From positions 620,001 through 684,000 of the forward strand of contig NC_027218.1 in NCBI RefSeq assembly GCF_000981445.1: DNA of 64,000 nt, read 5' to 3'. The DNA comes from Babesia bigemina. Taxonomy: Eukaryota. Positions 10,901 to 19,231 of this stretch are shown one piece after another. Both the position numbers and the translations under genes were made by a program. Each line of letters begins with the position of its first letter. The first letter of the stretch is position 1. Below the pieces are notes generated by a model. That model did not search any database and had not been told where the DNA came from. It saw nothing but the letters and a program-made list of their open reading frames with translations.

Positions 10901-13900
10901 TCAACAAAAAATTAAGAATGCTGCTTCAGATATGGATGCGAAGTTTCGGAGTGAAATCAAGGGTCCGCTTAACGAGAAGGTGAATACAATTACCAAGGCG
11001 ATTGGGAATCTATACGAAAAAATTAATCCAGACAGCAGAAACGCATCGGAGGATGATAAAAAGAAACTTCACAAGATTTTCGAGCATATTAAAAAGCAAG
11101 TTGCTGATATTAAGGGTAAAGAAGGGAGGGATGCATTTGATTCAAACTCTAAAGGCCTAGATGGGATTGTCAAAAATGTGAAGGTGCTTGCTCAGCAGTT
11201 TAATGGTGCTGCACAATTTGGGCATAAAGTTAACGGATTTGTATTGGAAATTTTGAGGGATAACATGATTGTGAGGGAAATGCTTAAGAAGTATGCCCAG
11301 GAGAATGTTTTGGGGAATGATTATATAGAGCCTAGACCTGATAAGAAGGATTCATTGTTTAACATAAAGATCGCAGAGATGTTTAAGGATACACTTAAGG
11401 GTGAAGCAGATTCGGCTGGTCAAAAGGTCCAAGAGCTGTTTACAAAGGCTCAATCGCACCCAACGATCCAGCGGTACATTAATGCTGTAAAGGAAGGCCT
11501 AACAACATTTGTCGATGAGGTTGAAAAGAATCTGAAAGTAATAGAAATCGATAAACTGGAGAATAGCATTAACAGCCGCGTAGATTCCATATTCAACGGC
11601 ATTGTGAATGATGTCAAAGGTAAAGTTCAAGGCGGCAAAATAACACATAATGACGAGCTTCTCAAACTCGCTGTCAAGCGCATCCTCATGAAGCTCATCG
11701 TTATTGTGCGCAAAGTTGCTGGGGAAGTACGGGTTTTAGGTATCAGCGTTTTTGGCAAAATCTTAGACGAAATTAAACCGACTGTTGATGCACTTGACAA
11801 AAATCTAAAAGCGGTAACTCCTTCCGCTCCCGCAACCGGCACAGCCAAATCCGTGGACAATGCGATAGAAGGGGTAAGTAATGAGGTTAAGGGGCTTGAC
11901 ACTAAATTTCAGCAAAAAGTCAAAAAGCCAGTAGAGGATGCAGTTAATCAACTTGAGCCTGCCGTTAAGGCTTTCGACGATAAAGCTAAGGGGCAAGTCA
12001 AAGAGGCGGCCAACGCGGCAATTGATGCGGCGGCTAAACAGTTTGCAGATTCCAGTGGTCAAATCAATGTGGAATCATTGATGAATAATTTCAGCAGTGA
12101 GCACGGTAAAATACAAACTCAGCTTCCAAATAATCTTCGAGCGTTACTTGATACGCACATTGGAACGGATGACAGAGCTAGTGGCAAAGCAGACACAGTA
12201 AAGCTATCGAGCGATTTTGTGAACTATGGTAAACATGTATCCACTGGCGTCCCGACTAACCGCATACATGAGCCACTTGCGGCGGCGATCGGCAAGATTG
12301 AAGGTGTGGGCCTGGCAGCGCTTAACAAGCATATCGGCGACGGTGATAAAATAGATGGCCAAACCTTCGACGGCCCATTCGGAAACATTGAGAAAGAGCT
12401 CAAGGGAATTAAGAAATTGGTTAGTCATGGTGGGTTTTGGGGCAACAACGATAAAGGTGTCAAAGAGCTTTTGGAAGATCTTCGAACTGGGATTGATTCA
12501 GGTACGATGGACGGTGCATCTGATAAAGGCCTTACAAATATACGATCGGCGATTGAAGTTTTGCAGAAAGGCGCGTTTGGTCCTAGATCCGTGGCAATCG
12601 GGGAAGCCGTCAAAGAAATTAAGTTGAAGCTGAATGAGCTTAGAGAGAAGTTGAAGAGTGAGAATGATGGCGATAAAGATGCAGTAATCAACGCATTGAA
12701 GAATTTGCAAACTCAAGGGCTTGGCGTTGAAAAGTGGAACGACAAAAGTGGCAGTCCAGTAAATGGTCTAAGGATAATCGAAGATGATCTTAGGAAACAA
12801 AACGAGGAGTTGGGCAATCAAACAATGGAAATTGGCAAAGCTTTCGACTATACTCTGAGAGAATTGAAGGGTATGCTTGGACAAGTCGGCTTGAGGTTAC
12901 ACAACATCATTGTTCCGGATGACGTCGTGGACAATCTGAAAGATTTGAAATTAAAGATTGGTAGGGGAAAAAATATAGGACTTGAACGTATTCATGAATT
13001 GATTAAGACGCTGCAGGAAGGGGATTTCAAAAATAAACCCGAAGCAATTGAGAAAGCAAGAAAAGAACTTGAAGCGGAACTTACAAAACTACAAAAGGTG
13101 CTGCAAGGTAACAAGCACGATGGCGGTATCGAAACGTTGAAAGATTTGAAAGATGTTGGTCTTGGCTCCGGTAAGTGGGAAAAACATGGAAATGAAAAAG
13201 GACTTGCGAAAATCGAAAATGAGCTTAAGGCTCAACTAGATGAATTATCCGTCCAGCGAGATTTCATTGACTTAGGCATGACCCGGATCACCATGGTGTT
13301 TGACGAACTTAGAAAAGAGTTAAAAGATGAGAAAGAAAATCCTAACAATGGCGTGATAAAAAGACTGGAAGATTTGAGCGAGAAGGGTCTCGGTAAGGAT
13401 GCGTGGCAAAACGGTAAGGATGGTCTCGGGAAAATAAGGAGTAACCTTCAAGCGCAGAATACGCAATTGTCTCAAACAAGTAAGAAAATCGAAGAAGCGA
13501 CCCAGAGCGTAATGGACCTGACGAAGACTGTGTTAAAAAGTGCTAAACAGACGTTAAGTGATGAAGTCGCTAATGATGACATCGTGGACAATTTAAAGAA
13601 GTTGGAGGAGAAGATTGGTCTAAATGGGAATACTGATGAGAGCCTTCAAGGAATGAAGAACAAGATCACCGACCTACAAAGCCAAGCGTTTAAAGATAAT
13701 ACGCTCAAAATTCTGCAAGCAAAAGACGAAATTGACGCAGAACTCAAAAAGCTTCAAGGTAATTTGCAAGATGACGTAAGCAGTAAGTTAACTGACTTGG
13801 TGGACAAGGGGTTTGGCCCCGGTGACAGATGGAATGGCAATGCCAAGGGCTTTGATCATATTCAAGATAATCTTAAAACTCAAAATAATACATTGTCACA

Positions 13901-16900
13901 ACAACCCAAAAAAATACAGGATGGAATCAATGAAATTACCGAAGAGCTTCAGAGTATTCGAGATGCGTTGCAGGGTACCGCTGACGACGATCTCAAAAGT
14001 AGAGGAGTTATCAAGAATTTGGGTTTCTTGACTACACATATTGGTGAAGGTGAGGACAAAGGCCTCAAGAAAATCAAAAGTGACATGGACTCCCTTAAGA
14101 AAAACAAGGTTCCAGTTATCACCAAACATCTCAATACCATGTCCACTAAGATCACCAACGCAGCCGGACAACTGGGCTGGAACCTGCGTCAGCTGGAGAA
14201 TCCGCATATCGACGCCAAACTCAAAGGCATCGAAACTGGTCTCGACAATCTCCGACTCACCGATCTGGCCGAGGCCATCAAGTTGTGTGACGACTTCCTT
14301 GATAAAGCCGACGAGATAGAGAGGAACACCATCCATGCCCTTTTGAAGCACATCGACGATGAGGTGGACGACGCCATCAATGACCTCACCAAGGAGGCCC
14401 GCACGCTGTACGTGGACTCGGTGAGGGAGGCGTTGGGATTGTTTGCCACCAAGGTCAACGAGGATTTGGAACAGCTGCCAAATGAGATGAACAGAGATAG
14501 GTGCGTGGGCTATAAAGGGTTCATGAAGTACTTGCAAAGTCCGCTGAGCTCCGATCTAACAGGTGACGAACAGAGCGTCGCAGAATTATCATCCGCGTTC
14601 CAGGAGGTGTTCGAGCAAATAGAGAAGTATGTAAAAGGGGAGCTCACCAGGCTGCACGATGAGCAAAACAAGGAGAAGAATCCCTCTTTGCCACCGACCG
14701 AAGAGCCATACACGGCTAAGCTCAATGATGTTTATGAAGCGCTCACCTCGGTGCTCGCCTACCTTAAAGACAATGATGACGGTGCCGACAAACTCACCGA
14801 GATGGTTGAGAGGCTGACCAAGGCGCTGGGTAATTTGGTACCCTCCGACTTCAAGCACACGTCCACTCCGCTGCTGGACACTGTCGCTCGCGGTCTCACC
14901 AAATTCGCCGGTGAGTTTAGCAACACGTATATTTCCGCCTACTCTGGTCAGAGGTGCAGGGAGGAACACTCCCACAAGTACGCCAAGGTGTTACTGAGTA
15001 TGATACCCATGACGCACCAAGCGCTTACCAAGTTGGCGACGAAATGTGAGAGTGAGTGGAAATCGCTTCATATTAGTAAGTTGACTGCTGATTACAGGGA
15101 CAACGCACTTGGCAACTACCTCACCAGGTGCGGGTACAGGGTATCCAGTTCCGAGAGTGGGCAGGACGGCGAGTTGAACCACAGGTTTTCTGGCGGTAGG
15201 ATTTACGAGTTGCTATTCACCCCGATGGAGGGTGTGGCCATCGAGATGCTGGTTGACGGTGAGCCGATAACAAATGGAATTAACTTGGTCACCATCATGT
15301 CGCTGCTCTACAACCTCTTATGCCGCTACCTCCAGGTCTGCCACCTCTACGTTCCCCCTGAACCAAGATACCCGTGCACAGTCAGGGACATGCTGTCGTG
15401 GCTCTCCGGGCTGCAGTATACACAGGTGGCTGACAAGCTGCCTGACCACTGCAAGGCTCTGCTCAATCACCGGTGCCACGATGACGACACCCCCAACAGG
15501 GAGGATCCTGTCATGGCCAAGTGCATTGGTGAGCTACCATTAACCATCGCTAGAACATGTTCGCACTCCACCGCCCTGCTCACCGCCATACAAGGCAACG
15601 GCCACGGCTTCGACCTCGCCGCCTACCCGTATTCGGTGGACTTCTCCAACAACCGTGCCAGGTTCCACTACCCCGCTGACCCATATGCGCTGCTTGATAT
15701 GCTTCGTGACATCATTTGCCGTCTATGCAAAGTGCTCTACTTCCTGTACTCCCAGTGCTGCCGCAGCACCGCCCGGGTCAAGGGGTGGAGGGAGTGCGCG
15801 TACGGCCGGCAGGTGCAGTCACACCGCTGGCAGTGTGAACAGTTCGGAACTTACTCTAGTACTATCAGTACTACTACCGGTACTAGTACAACTACCACTT
15901 CCACCACCACTCACGGCTGCCCGCCCACCTCGCCTCTACAGTCGTTCCTCTCCGACCGATGCAATGGACTACTGCCGCATACCCTCACCATTGCTGACAT
16001 GGTCATAGAATGTGCCAACTGCGCCGCCAATCAACCTGGACAGCAGTGCCTCACTCCGCTCGGCTTCTGGGACCTTGGCTTCGCCGCCTCCATAAGTGGC
16101 ACCGGCTGGGATCTCGCCAAGCGCCTCGCAGACATGTGCCGCGACGCCGACTCATGCCTGTTCGTGCTCTGTCGGACTCTGTTCTTGCTGTGCCCCGCCG
16201 CACCATCATCACTCAACGACGTGTTTGCATTGTATGCTCAGGTGCTACGGAAGTGGGACTCTCATGACCATGTTAAGCACCGTGGCGGCACGTACACCGA
16301 TGCCTCCGATCTCATATCGCATCTCAACAGCGACGGCATCGACGGCCTCTTCCCACTGTGGACACAGCTCCACGGCAGCTATGAAAATCACAAGCTCACC
16401 AGTGCCATCGCATCACTCGCAGGTCATGATCACAAAAGCCACGATGCGTTGTCCAGCCTCTTCAACGACTCCACTTGCAAGTCACCCAGTGGATGCGCTC
16501 CCTACCTCCAACCCCTAGGACTGCACGCCCACCACACCTACCCGCAGAAGCACGCCGGGCCATACATCACGTGGATAATGTACCTGGCATGGAAATTCTG
16601 GGAGTTGCTATGTGAACTACTCCACGCTCTGGACAACGTCGACTGCACGGCCGCCGGCTGTGCCACATGCCCCTGCCAACCCGGCACCCACGGTGGGAAG
16701 GACACCTGCCACTGTCCATCCATCGTCCAGTGCGCCGGACCGCTGCCTACACTCTACCGCTACGGATTCACGTATCGCGACGCAAATCTCCTGGTCACCG
16801 AAAACTATGCCATGCGCTGCGGAGACCTCAACGCACAACTCAAAGAGGCGCTGCACTCCGACCACTTCACCGAATTGTTCCGGCAAATCGACCAACTCAC

Positions 16901-17144
16901 ATGGCACATCCGGATGCCGTTCCTCTACTTTCTCATTGCACTGTGGTCTCTTGTGGCGCTGTACATACTCCACACTTTCCTCTACCGCATGGACGTCCTC
17001 TACATCCGATCACATCTGCTGACCACCAGAACATCTCACCTTATCGACGTCAAGGCGCTACTTATCCAGAACAGAAAAATGCTTTCACTTTACGACGCTA
17101 GTTACTTCGATGATGACCCTTCCGAGTTACTTGACACCACGTAA
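7953..17144 (+). CDS. ves: Giant variant erythrocyte surface antigen (ves/VESA-type) protein, ~3063 aa
   Basis: ATG at 7953 gives MAPKVLTDCPENLREAIDW (VESA start motif). A long helical/coiled-coil middle is followed by a Cys-rich region (YLQVCHL…PRYPCTVRDMLSWLSGL; CHCPSIVQCAGPLPTLYRYGFTY), a single TM segment (PFLYFLIALWSLVALYILHTFLY) and the VESA-type tail RMDVLYIRSHL. Intronless. Confidence 0.9.
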   Translation: MAPKVLTDCPENLREAIDWLVQVKHCGGVSTLSDALASLFDNVAQDAEESLSSLLDQDRPSARDVSKLRAFHSTLPKDSENPHKNIIHNLCASAGSLLGYSLPGAYDGSGIVYGNASRLCDAILAFLYAVFNDVYGNQPYVAGRNVLHDDLIVYLESQLWHGHKGFCQAIPKVATGLQRYNAAVEASNDKVKKAIETVLDYVKPDGELRKGIKALQISETSTSTQDERTVDAAVTLVEGCKEVARVFSKSLTAATDAIDDLNPKLKRKLENARRSLFNHVEWLSRWSKKGEKKRLDEMIQKIKSRLRQLAKAVKEKIKQEVHTVVELLKERVREIKMKLQGITASLEEYVKELGQWMGEAKEYIKDVKKYVDEIMQQLDGDHRQAIDKAAADIDSQLGKRVEELNQWIKDAEAAVTVAKQKADEVYKRLDKNSGTTIAQGIEKINEAKDAVSGVSTQLETVHKNLGDWKSVAKDVLSKSLQKVGEVHDKLDPDQKTGDHPIGKNLENIETAQKAISSANLELKTQVDKLSNWISDADRIREQAQQKAEEVYKSLEVHKQLSEKIGEIQTANKEIQNVHSGLNSVEKNLEEWNQEARKVIQSVVDRVTEVHKKLDDKDPGTAVGNGIKQIKAAKANVEAVDKGLTSVNDDLRKWRGAAEIVLSTAVDKAEEVHKQLDPTKNSSTLGGQIDAIDTARQGIVDANEQLGAQVKTLQKWIETAEDIRHKAEQKAREAYDKLQVHEKLSENVKKIVDAKNKIDEVNKKVTGQLGSLKQWNAEANKVLEGAITNAQYVHDELQSAVVQKVEGIQQANASMIEANKKLATEVQNLGKWKDAAKDVIKKAEDKCDEILKRVQTDPSSNNDSIYKQAKLLRDSGKKLLTAATDAKQKVESKVKDALDAVKEMDTDLKRDLYDVKEKIKKGITEVISELQVGALGDRVKEDLKKLRGNIEGLKSKVDERNGNSIVKNQLNALEEAKTATINEVQQKIKNAASDMDAKFRSEIKGPLNEKVNTITKAIGNLYEKINPDSRNASEDDKKKLHKIFEHIKKQVADIKGKEGRDAFDSNSKGLDGIVKNVKVLAQQFNGAAQFGHKVNGFVLEILRDNMIVREMLKKYAQENVLGNDYIEPRPDKKDSLFNIKIAEMFKDTLKGEADSAGQKVQELFTKAQSHPTIQRYINAVKEGLTTFVDEVEKNLKVIEIDKLENSINSRVDSIFNGIVNDVKGKVQGGKITHNDELLKLAVKRILMKLIVIVRKVAGEVRVLGISVFGKILDEIKPTVDALDKNLKAVTPSAPATGTAKSVDNAIEGVSNEVKGLDTKFQQKVKKPVEDAVNQLEPAVKAFDDKAKGQVKEAANAAIDAAAKQFADSSGQINVESLMNNFSSEHGKIQTQLPNNLRALLDTHIGTDDRASGKADTVKLSSDFVNYGKHVSTGVPTNRIHEPLAAAIGKIEGVGLAALNKHIGDGDKIDGQTFDGPFGNIEKELKGIKKLVSHGGFWGNNDKGVKELLEDLRTGIDSGTMDGASDKGLTNIRSAIEVLQKGAFGPRSVAIGEAVKEIKLKLNELREKLKSENDGDKDAVINALKNLQTQGLGVEKWNDKSGSPVNGLRIIEDDLRKQNEELGNQTMEIGKAFDYTLRELKGMLGQVGLRLHNIIVPDDVVDNLKDLKLKIGRGKNIGLERIHELIKTLQEGDFKNKPEAIEKARKELEAELTKLQKVLQGNKHDGGIETLKDLKDVGLGSGKWEKHGNEKGLAKIENELKAQLDELSVQRDFIDLGMTRITMVFDELRKELKDEKENPNNGVIKRLEDLSEKGLGKDAWQNGKDGLGKIRSNLQAQNTQLSQTSKKIEEATQSVMDLTKTVLKSAKQTLSDEVANDDIVDNLKKLEEKIGLNGNTDESLQGMKNKITDLQSQAFKDNTLKILQAKDEIDAELKKLQGNLQDDVSSKLTDLVDKGFGPGDRWNGNAKGFDHIQDNLKTQNNTLSQQPKKIQDGINEITEELQSIRDALQGTADDDLKSRGVIKNLGFLTTHIGEGEDKGLKKIKSDMDSLKKNKVPVITKHLNTMSTKITNAAGQLGWNLRQLENPHIDAKLKGIETGLDNLRLTDLAEAIKLCDDFLDKADEIERNTIHALLKHIDDEVDDAINDLTKEARTLYVDSVREALGLFATKVNEDLEQLPNEMNRDRCVGYKGFMKYLQSPLSSDLTGDEQSVAELSSAFQEVFEQIEKYVKGELTRLHDEQNKEKNPSLPPTEEPYTAKLNDVYEALTSVLAYLKDNDDGADKLTEMVERLTKALGNLVPSDFKHTSTPLLDTVARGLTKFAGEFSNTYISAYSGQRCREEHSHKYAKVLLSMIPMTHQALTKLATKCESEWKSLHISKLTADYRDNALGNYLTRCGYRVSSSESGQDGELNHRFSGGRIYELLFTPMEGVAIEMLVDGEPITNGINLVTIMSLLYNLLCRYLQVCHLYVPPEPRYPCTVRDMLSWLSGLQYTQVADKLPDHCKALLNHRCHDDDTPNREDPVMAKCIGELPLTIARTCSHSTALLTAIQGNGHGFDLAAYPYSVDFSNNRARFHYPADPYALLDMLRDIICRLCKVLYFLYSQCCRSTARVKGWRECAYGRQVQSHRWQCEQFGTYSSTISTTTGTSTTTTSTTTHGCPPTSPLQSFLSDRCNGLLPHTLTIADMVIECANCAANQPGQQCLTPLGFWDLGFAASISGTGWDLAKRLADMCRDADSCLFVLCRTLFLLCPAAPSSLNDVFALYAQVLRKWDSHDHVKHRGGTYTDASDLISHLNSDGIDGLFPLWTQLHGSYENHKLTSAIASLAGHDHKSHDALSSLFNDSTCKSPSGCAPYLQPLGLHAHHTYPQKHAGPYITWIMYLAWKFWELLCELLHALDNVDCTAAGCATCPCQPGTHGGKDTCHCPSIVQCAGPLPTLYRYGFTYRDANLLVTENYAMRCGDLNAQLKEALHSDHFTELFRQIDQLTWHIRMPFLYFLIALWSLVALYILHTFLYRMDVLYIRSHLLTTRTSHLIDVKALLIQNRKMLSLYDASYFDDDPSELLDTT
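9000..10520 (+). repeat. Array of nine ~57-64 aa Trp-anchored helical repeats within ves
   Basis: LxxWxxxA units with Trp codons at 9018, 9171, 9354, 9546, 9723, 9909, 10095, 10272 and 10443 (first spacing is shorter, 51 aa). Confidence 0.75.
12440..14110 (+). repeat. Second array of ~70-75 aa helical repeats (two alternating unit types) within ves
   Basis: Units GLG..W….GL..I…L..Q (Trp at 12735, 13176, 13404, 13830) are interleaved with units D(V/I)VDNLKxLxxKIG (about 12918 and 13575, with relatives at about 12456 and 14004). Confidence 0.65.
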
Positions 17145-17689
17145 TGATTATAGCAGTCACAATCTCACTTGATAGCTTTAGATACGTTGTATCACGGTAG
17201 TTCAGCGTCAGGTTAGTGCTAGATATGTTTCGGTGACTTGTTAACTCGCCAAGTCGGCGTACCTATAACACCCACTAGTCTTGTACAAACTAATAAAATG
17301 ACTGATGGCGTATCAGAAAACTCAACAAGTTTGTTTCTATCACACAGTTTTAGTGAGTCATAAGAGTAATACCATGTTATAAGTGGATTATGGAGGCAAG
17401 CAACCGCTTTTGTAGGTCAGGGTCTTAGAAGGCGTTATCGTAGGAGAGACAGTCACGTATTAATTTGGCAATCAATGAGATAACAGCGCCGTAGTAACTA
17501 GCTAAGGGACTGTTTGGCCATATTTGTGAGAGATTCTGGATGTCGCCAGGGCAGGCTGCACCTTGACGGTCACGGAGCGGCGCATAATGAACGACGTTAC
17601 TCACTCCCCACCGTAAGATTTATAAGCCCTGACGTTCTCTGCAAAATTTGACTATGTGCCTTTCTCGTATGAATATTGTATATTACTTT

Positions 17690-17854
17690 GACATGCGTTG
17701 TGAACGCTGCATGCCCGGTTAATGGGATAGATCTGGCTGCTATTACATCCTAGCTTTCACTGCGCCTCTGACCTCCACCTACTTGGTGTAAATACAGCAT
17801 TGAATATGTCAATTGAACGCCTGTGATTTAGAAGGCGAGGCCAGTTGTGCTGAT
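17690..17854 (+). promoter_or_regulatory. Conserved upstream motif block of the second short VESA-like gene
   Basis: GACATGCGT 17690, GCTGCATGCC 17706, AGATCTGG 17729, GCGCCTCTGA, CCTACTTGGTGTAAATA and GTGCTGAT 17847. Colinear with 2191-2355 on the minus strand. Confidence 0.55.
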
Positions 17855-17944
17855 AAGCCGCTAACACAGCAGTTTGAAAGCTGGCATGCAAATAAACGAA
17901 AACTACCTTCACGTCAGCCGCTTGATTGAACGATTCTCTATAAA

Positions 17945-18661
17945 ATGGCTCACAATTCGTTGACTGACGCTCCTCGCAATTTCAGGGAAGGCATTGACTG
18001 GCTGTTGGCCCTGAAGGGAACCGACGCTGAAGACAACCTGAAAGCACTTGGTACCGCACTTTATGACTTCCTCTCCAAACCGCATCCCGGTTCTACGCAG
18101 ATACAATCTCTTGAGAATGTTAAAAACGCTTCTAAAACATTTATGGCGGATCAGGAGTTTAAGGACCAAAAACCCATTCAGAACACACTGGGTATGTTGA
18201 TTGGTACCGTGAAGAGAACTCCTGGAGAGTTCACCAATTCCAAGCGCCTCACTGCAGAAACGATCGCAGAAAAGTTAAGCAATGTTGCGGATGCCTGTGA
18301 TCAGTTCTTGGATGACATAAAAGATCATAACCAGTATAATTCTGCGTACGGTGCAGAAGCGACGTGGGATGCGTCGTGCGCAAAAGACCCGGAGGCTTGC
18401 GCAGTGGTTCTCGTGGGAATGGCGCCTATGTTGTACGCCGGAATACAATCTTTGAGAAAAATGAGCAATCGTGGAATGTGGTTAGATCAAAATTATGTAG
18501 AGTGTAAGCGTGTGAGAGCGTTGGTGAAGGCCTTTGGTTACGATAGATTGGAGGTCCGCTCTCTCATGACTGATTCGTATGTTTCCTGGGCGTTGAGGAG
18601 TATAAATAAGAAAACATTGGCAACACTAAAAGACCTTGCGGGGATTTGCGCTTTCTATTGA
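17945..18661 (+). CDS. Short VESA1-family-like protein (paralog of 1188-2096), 238 aa
   Basis: SLTDAPRNFREGIDWLLALKG start and YNSAYGAEATWDASCAKDPEACAVVLVGMAPMLYAG core. Ends DLAGICAFY*. Confidence 0.85.
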   Translation: MAHNSLTDAPRNFREGIDWLLALKGTDAEDNLKALGTALYDFLSKPHPGSTQIQSLENVKNASKTFMADQEFKDQKPIQNTLGMLIGTVKRTPGEFTNSKRLTAETIAEKLSNVADACDQFLDDIKDHNQYNSAYGAEATWDASCAKDPEACAVVLVGMAPMLYAGIQSLRKMSNRGMWLDQNYVECKRVRALVKAFGYDRLEVRSLMTDSYVSWALRSINKKTLATLKDLAGICAFY

Positions 18662-19231
18662 GTGTATATCTGAGGTAAACTCTATAAATATATATACATA
18701 TAAAGATTGCAATTTTTGTTTCCCTGACGTTTTGCATCGTATGGATTCCCGAGTATATTAATATTGACAAATACACCGCCTTCTGGTCCGAGTACACCCT
18801 GTAGCTCCACATAGTGGACGCATATTTTTCATATCGCAACAACTATGTACCGCAAAGGAGGATTCTACATTTACGTCATTCCATTATTTCGGCGCTATAG
18901 CAACGTGCAAAACATGAAAAGCTTGCTGAGCATCACCAATAATCCATCCGACAAACATCTCAGCCCACCTCGTTTAGATAGTGGGAATGTAGGCATGTCA
19001 CGCATATTAATGCCAATGAATATCGACATCCTCGAATTGACCCGTGTCAACCCCTCTCCCACTTGACAAAATAATGCCAACCAACGAAGGCAAGCGATCG
19101 AATATGTTGAGTACAATTCTGGTGTTCGCTTTCTTCACGCATTGTAATTCACGTCAAGCAACACAGAAAACGCATTCATAGTGGTATGTACGACTTAACT
19201 AGGTTATAGATGTTGTGAATGTTATTTCCCC

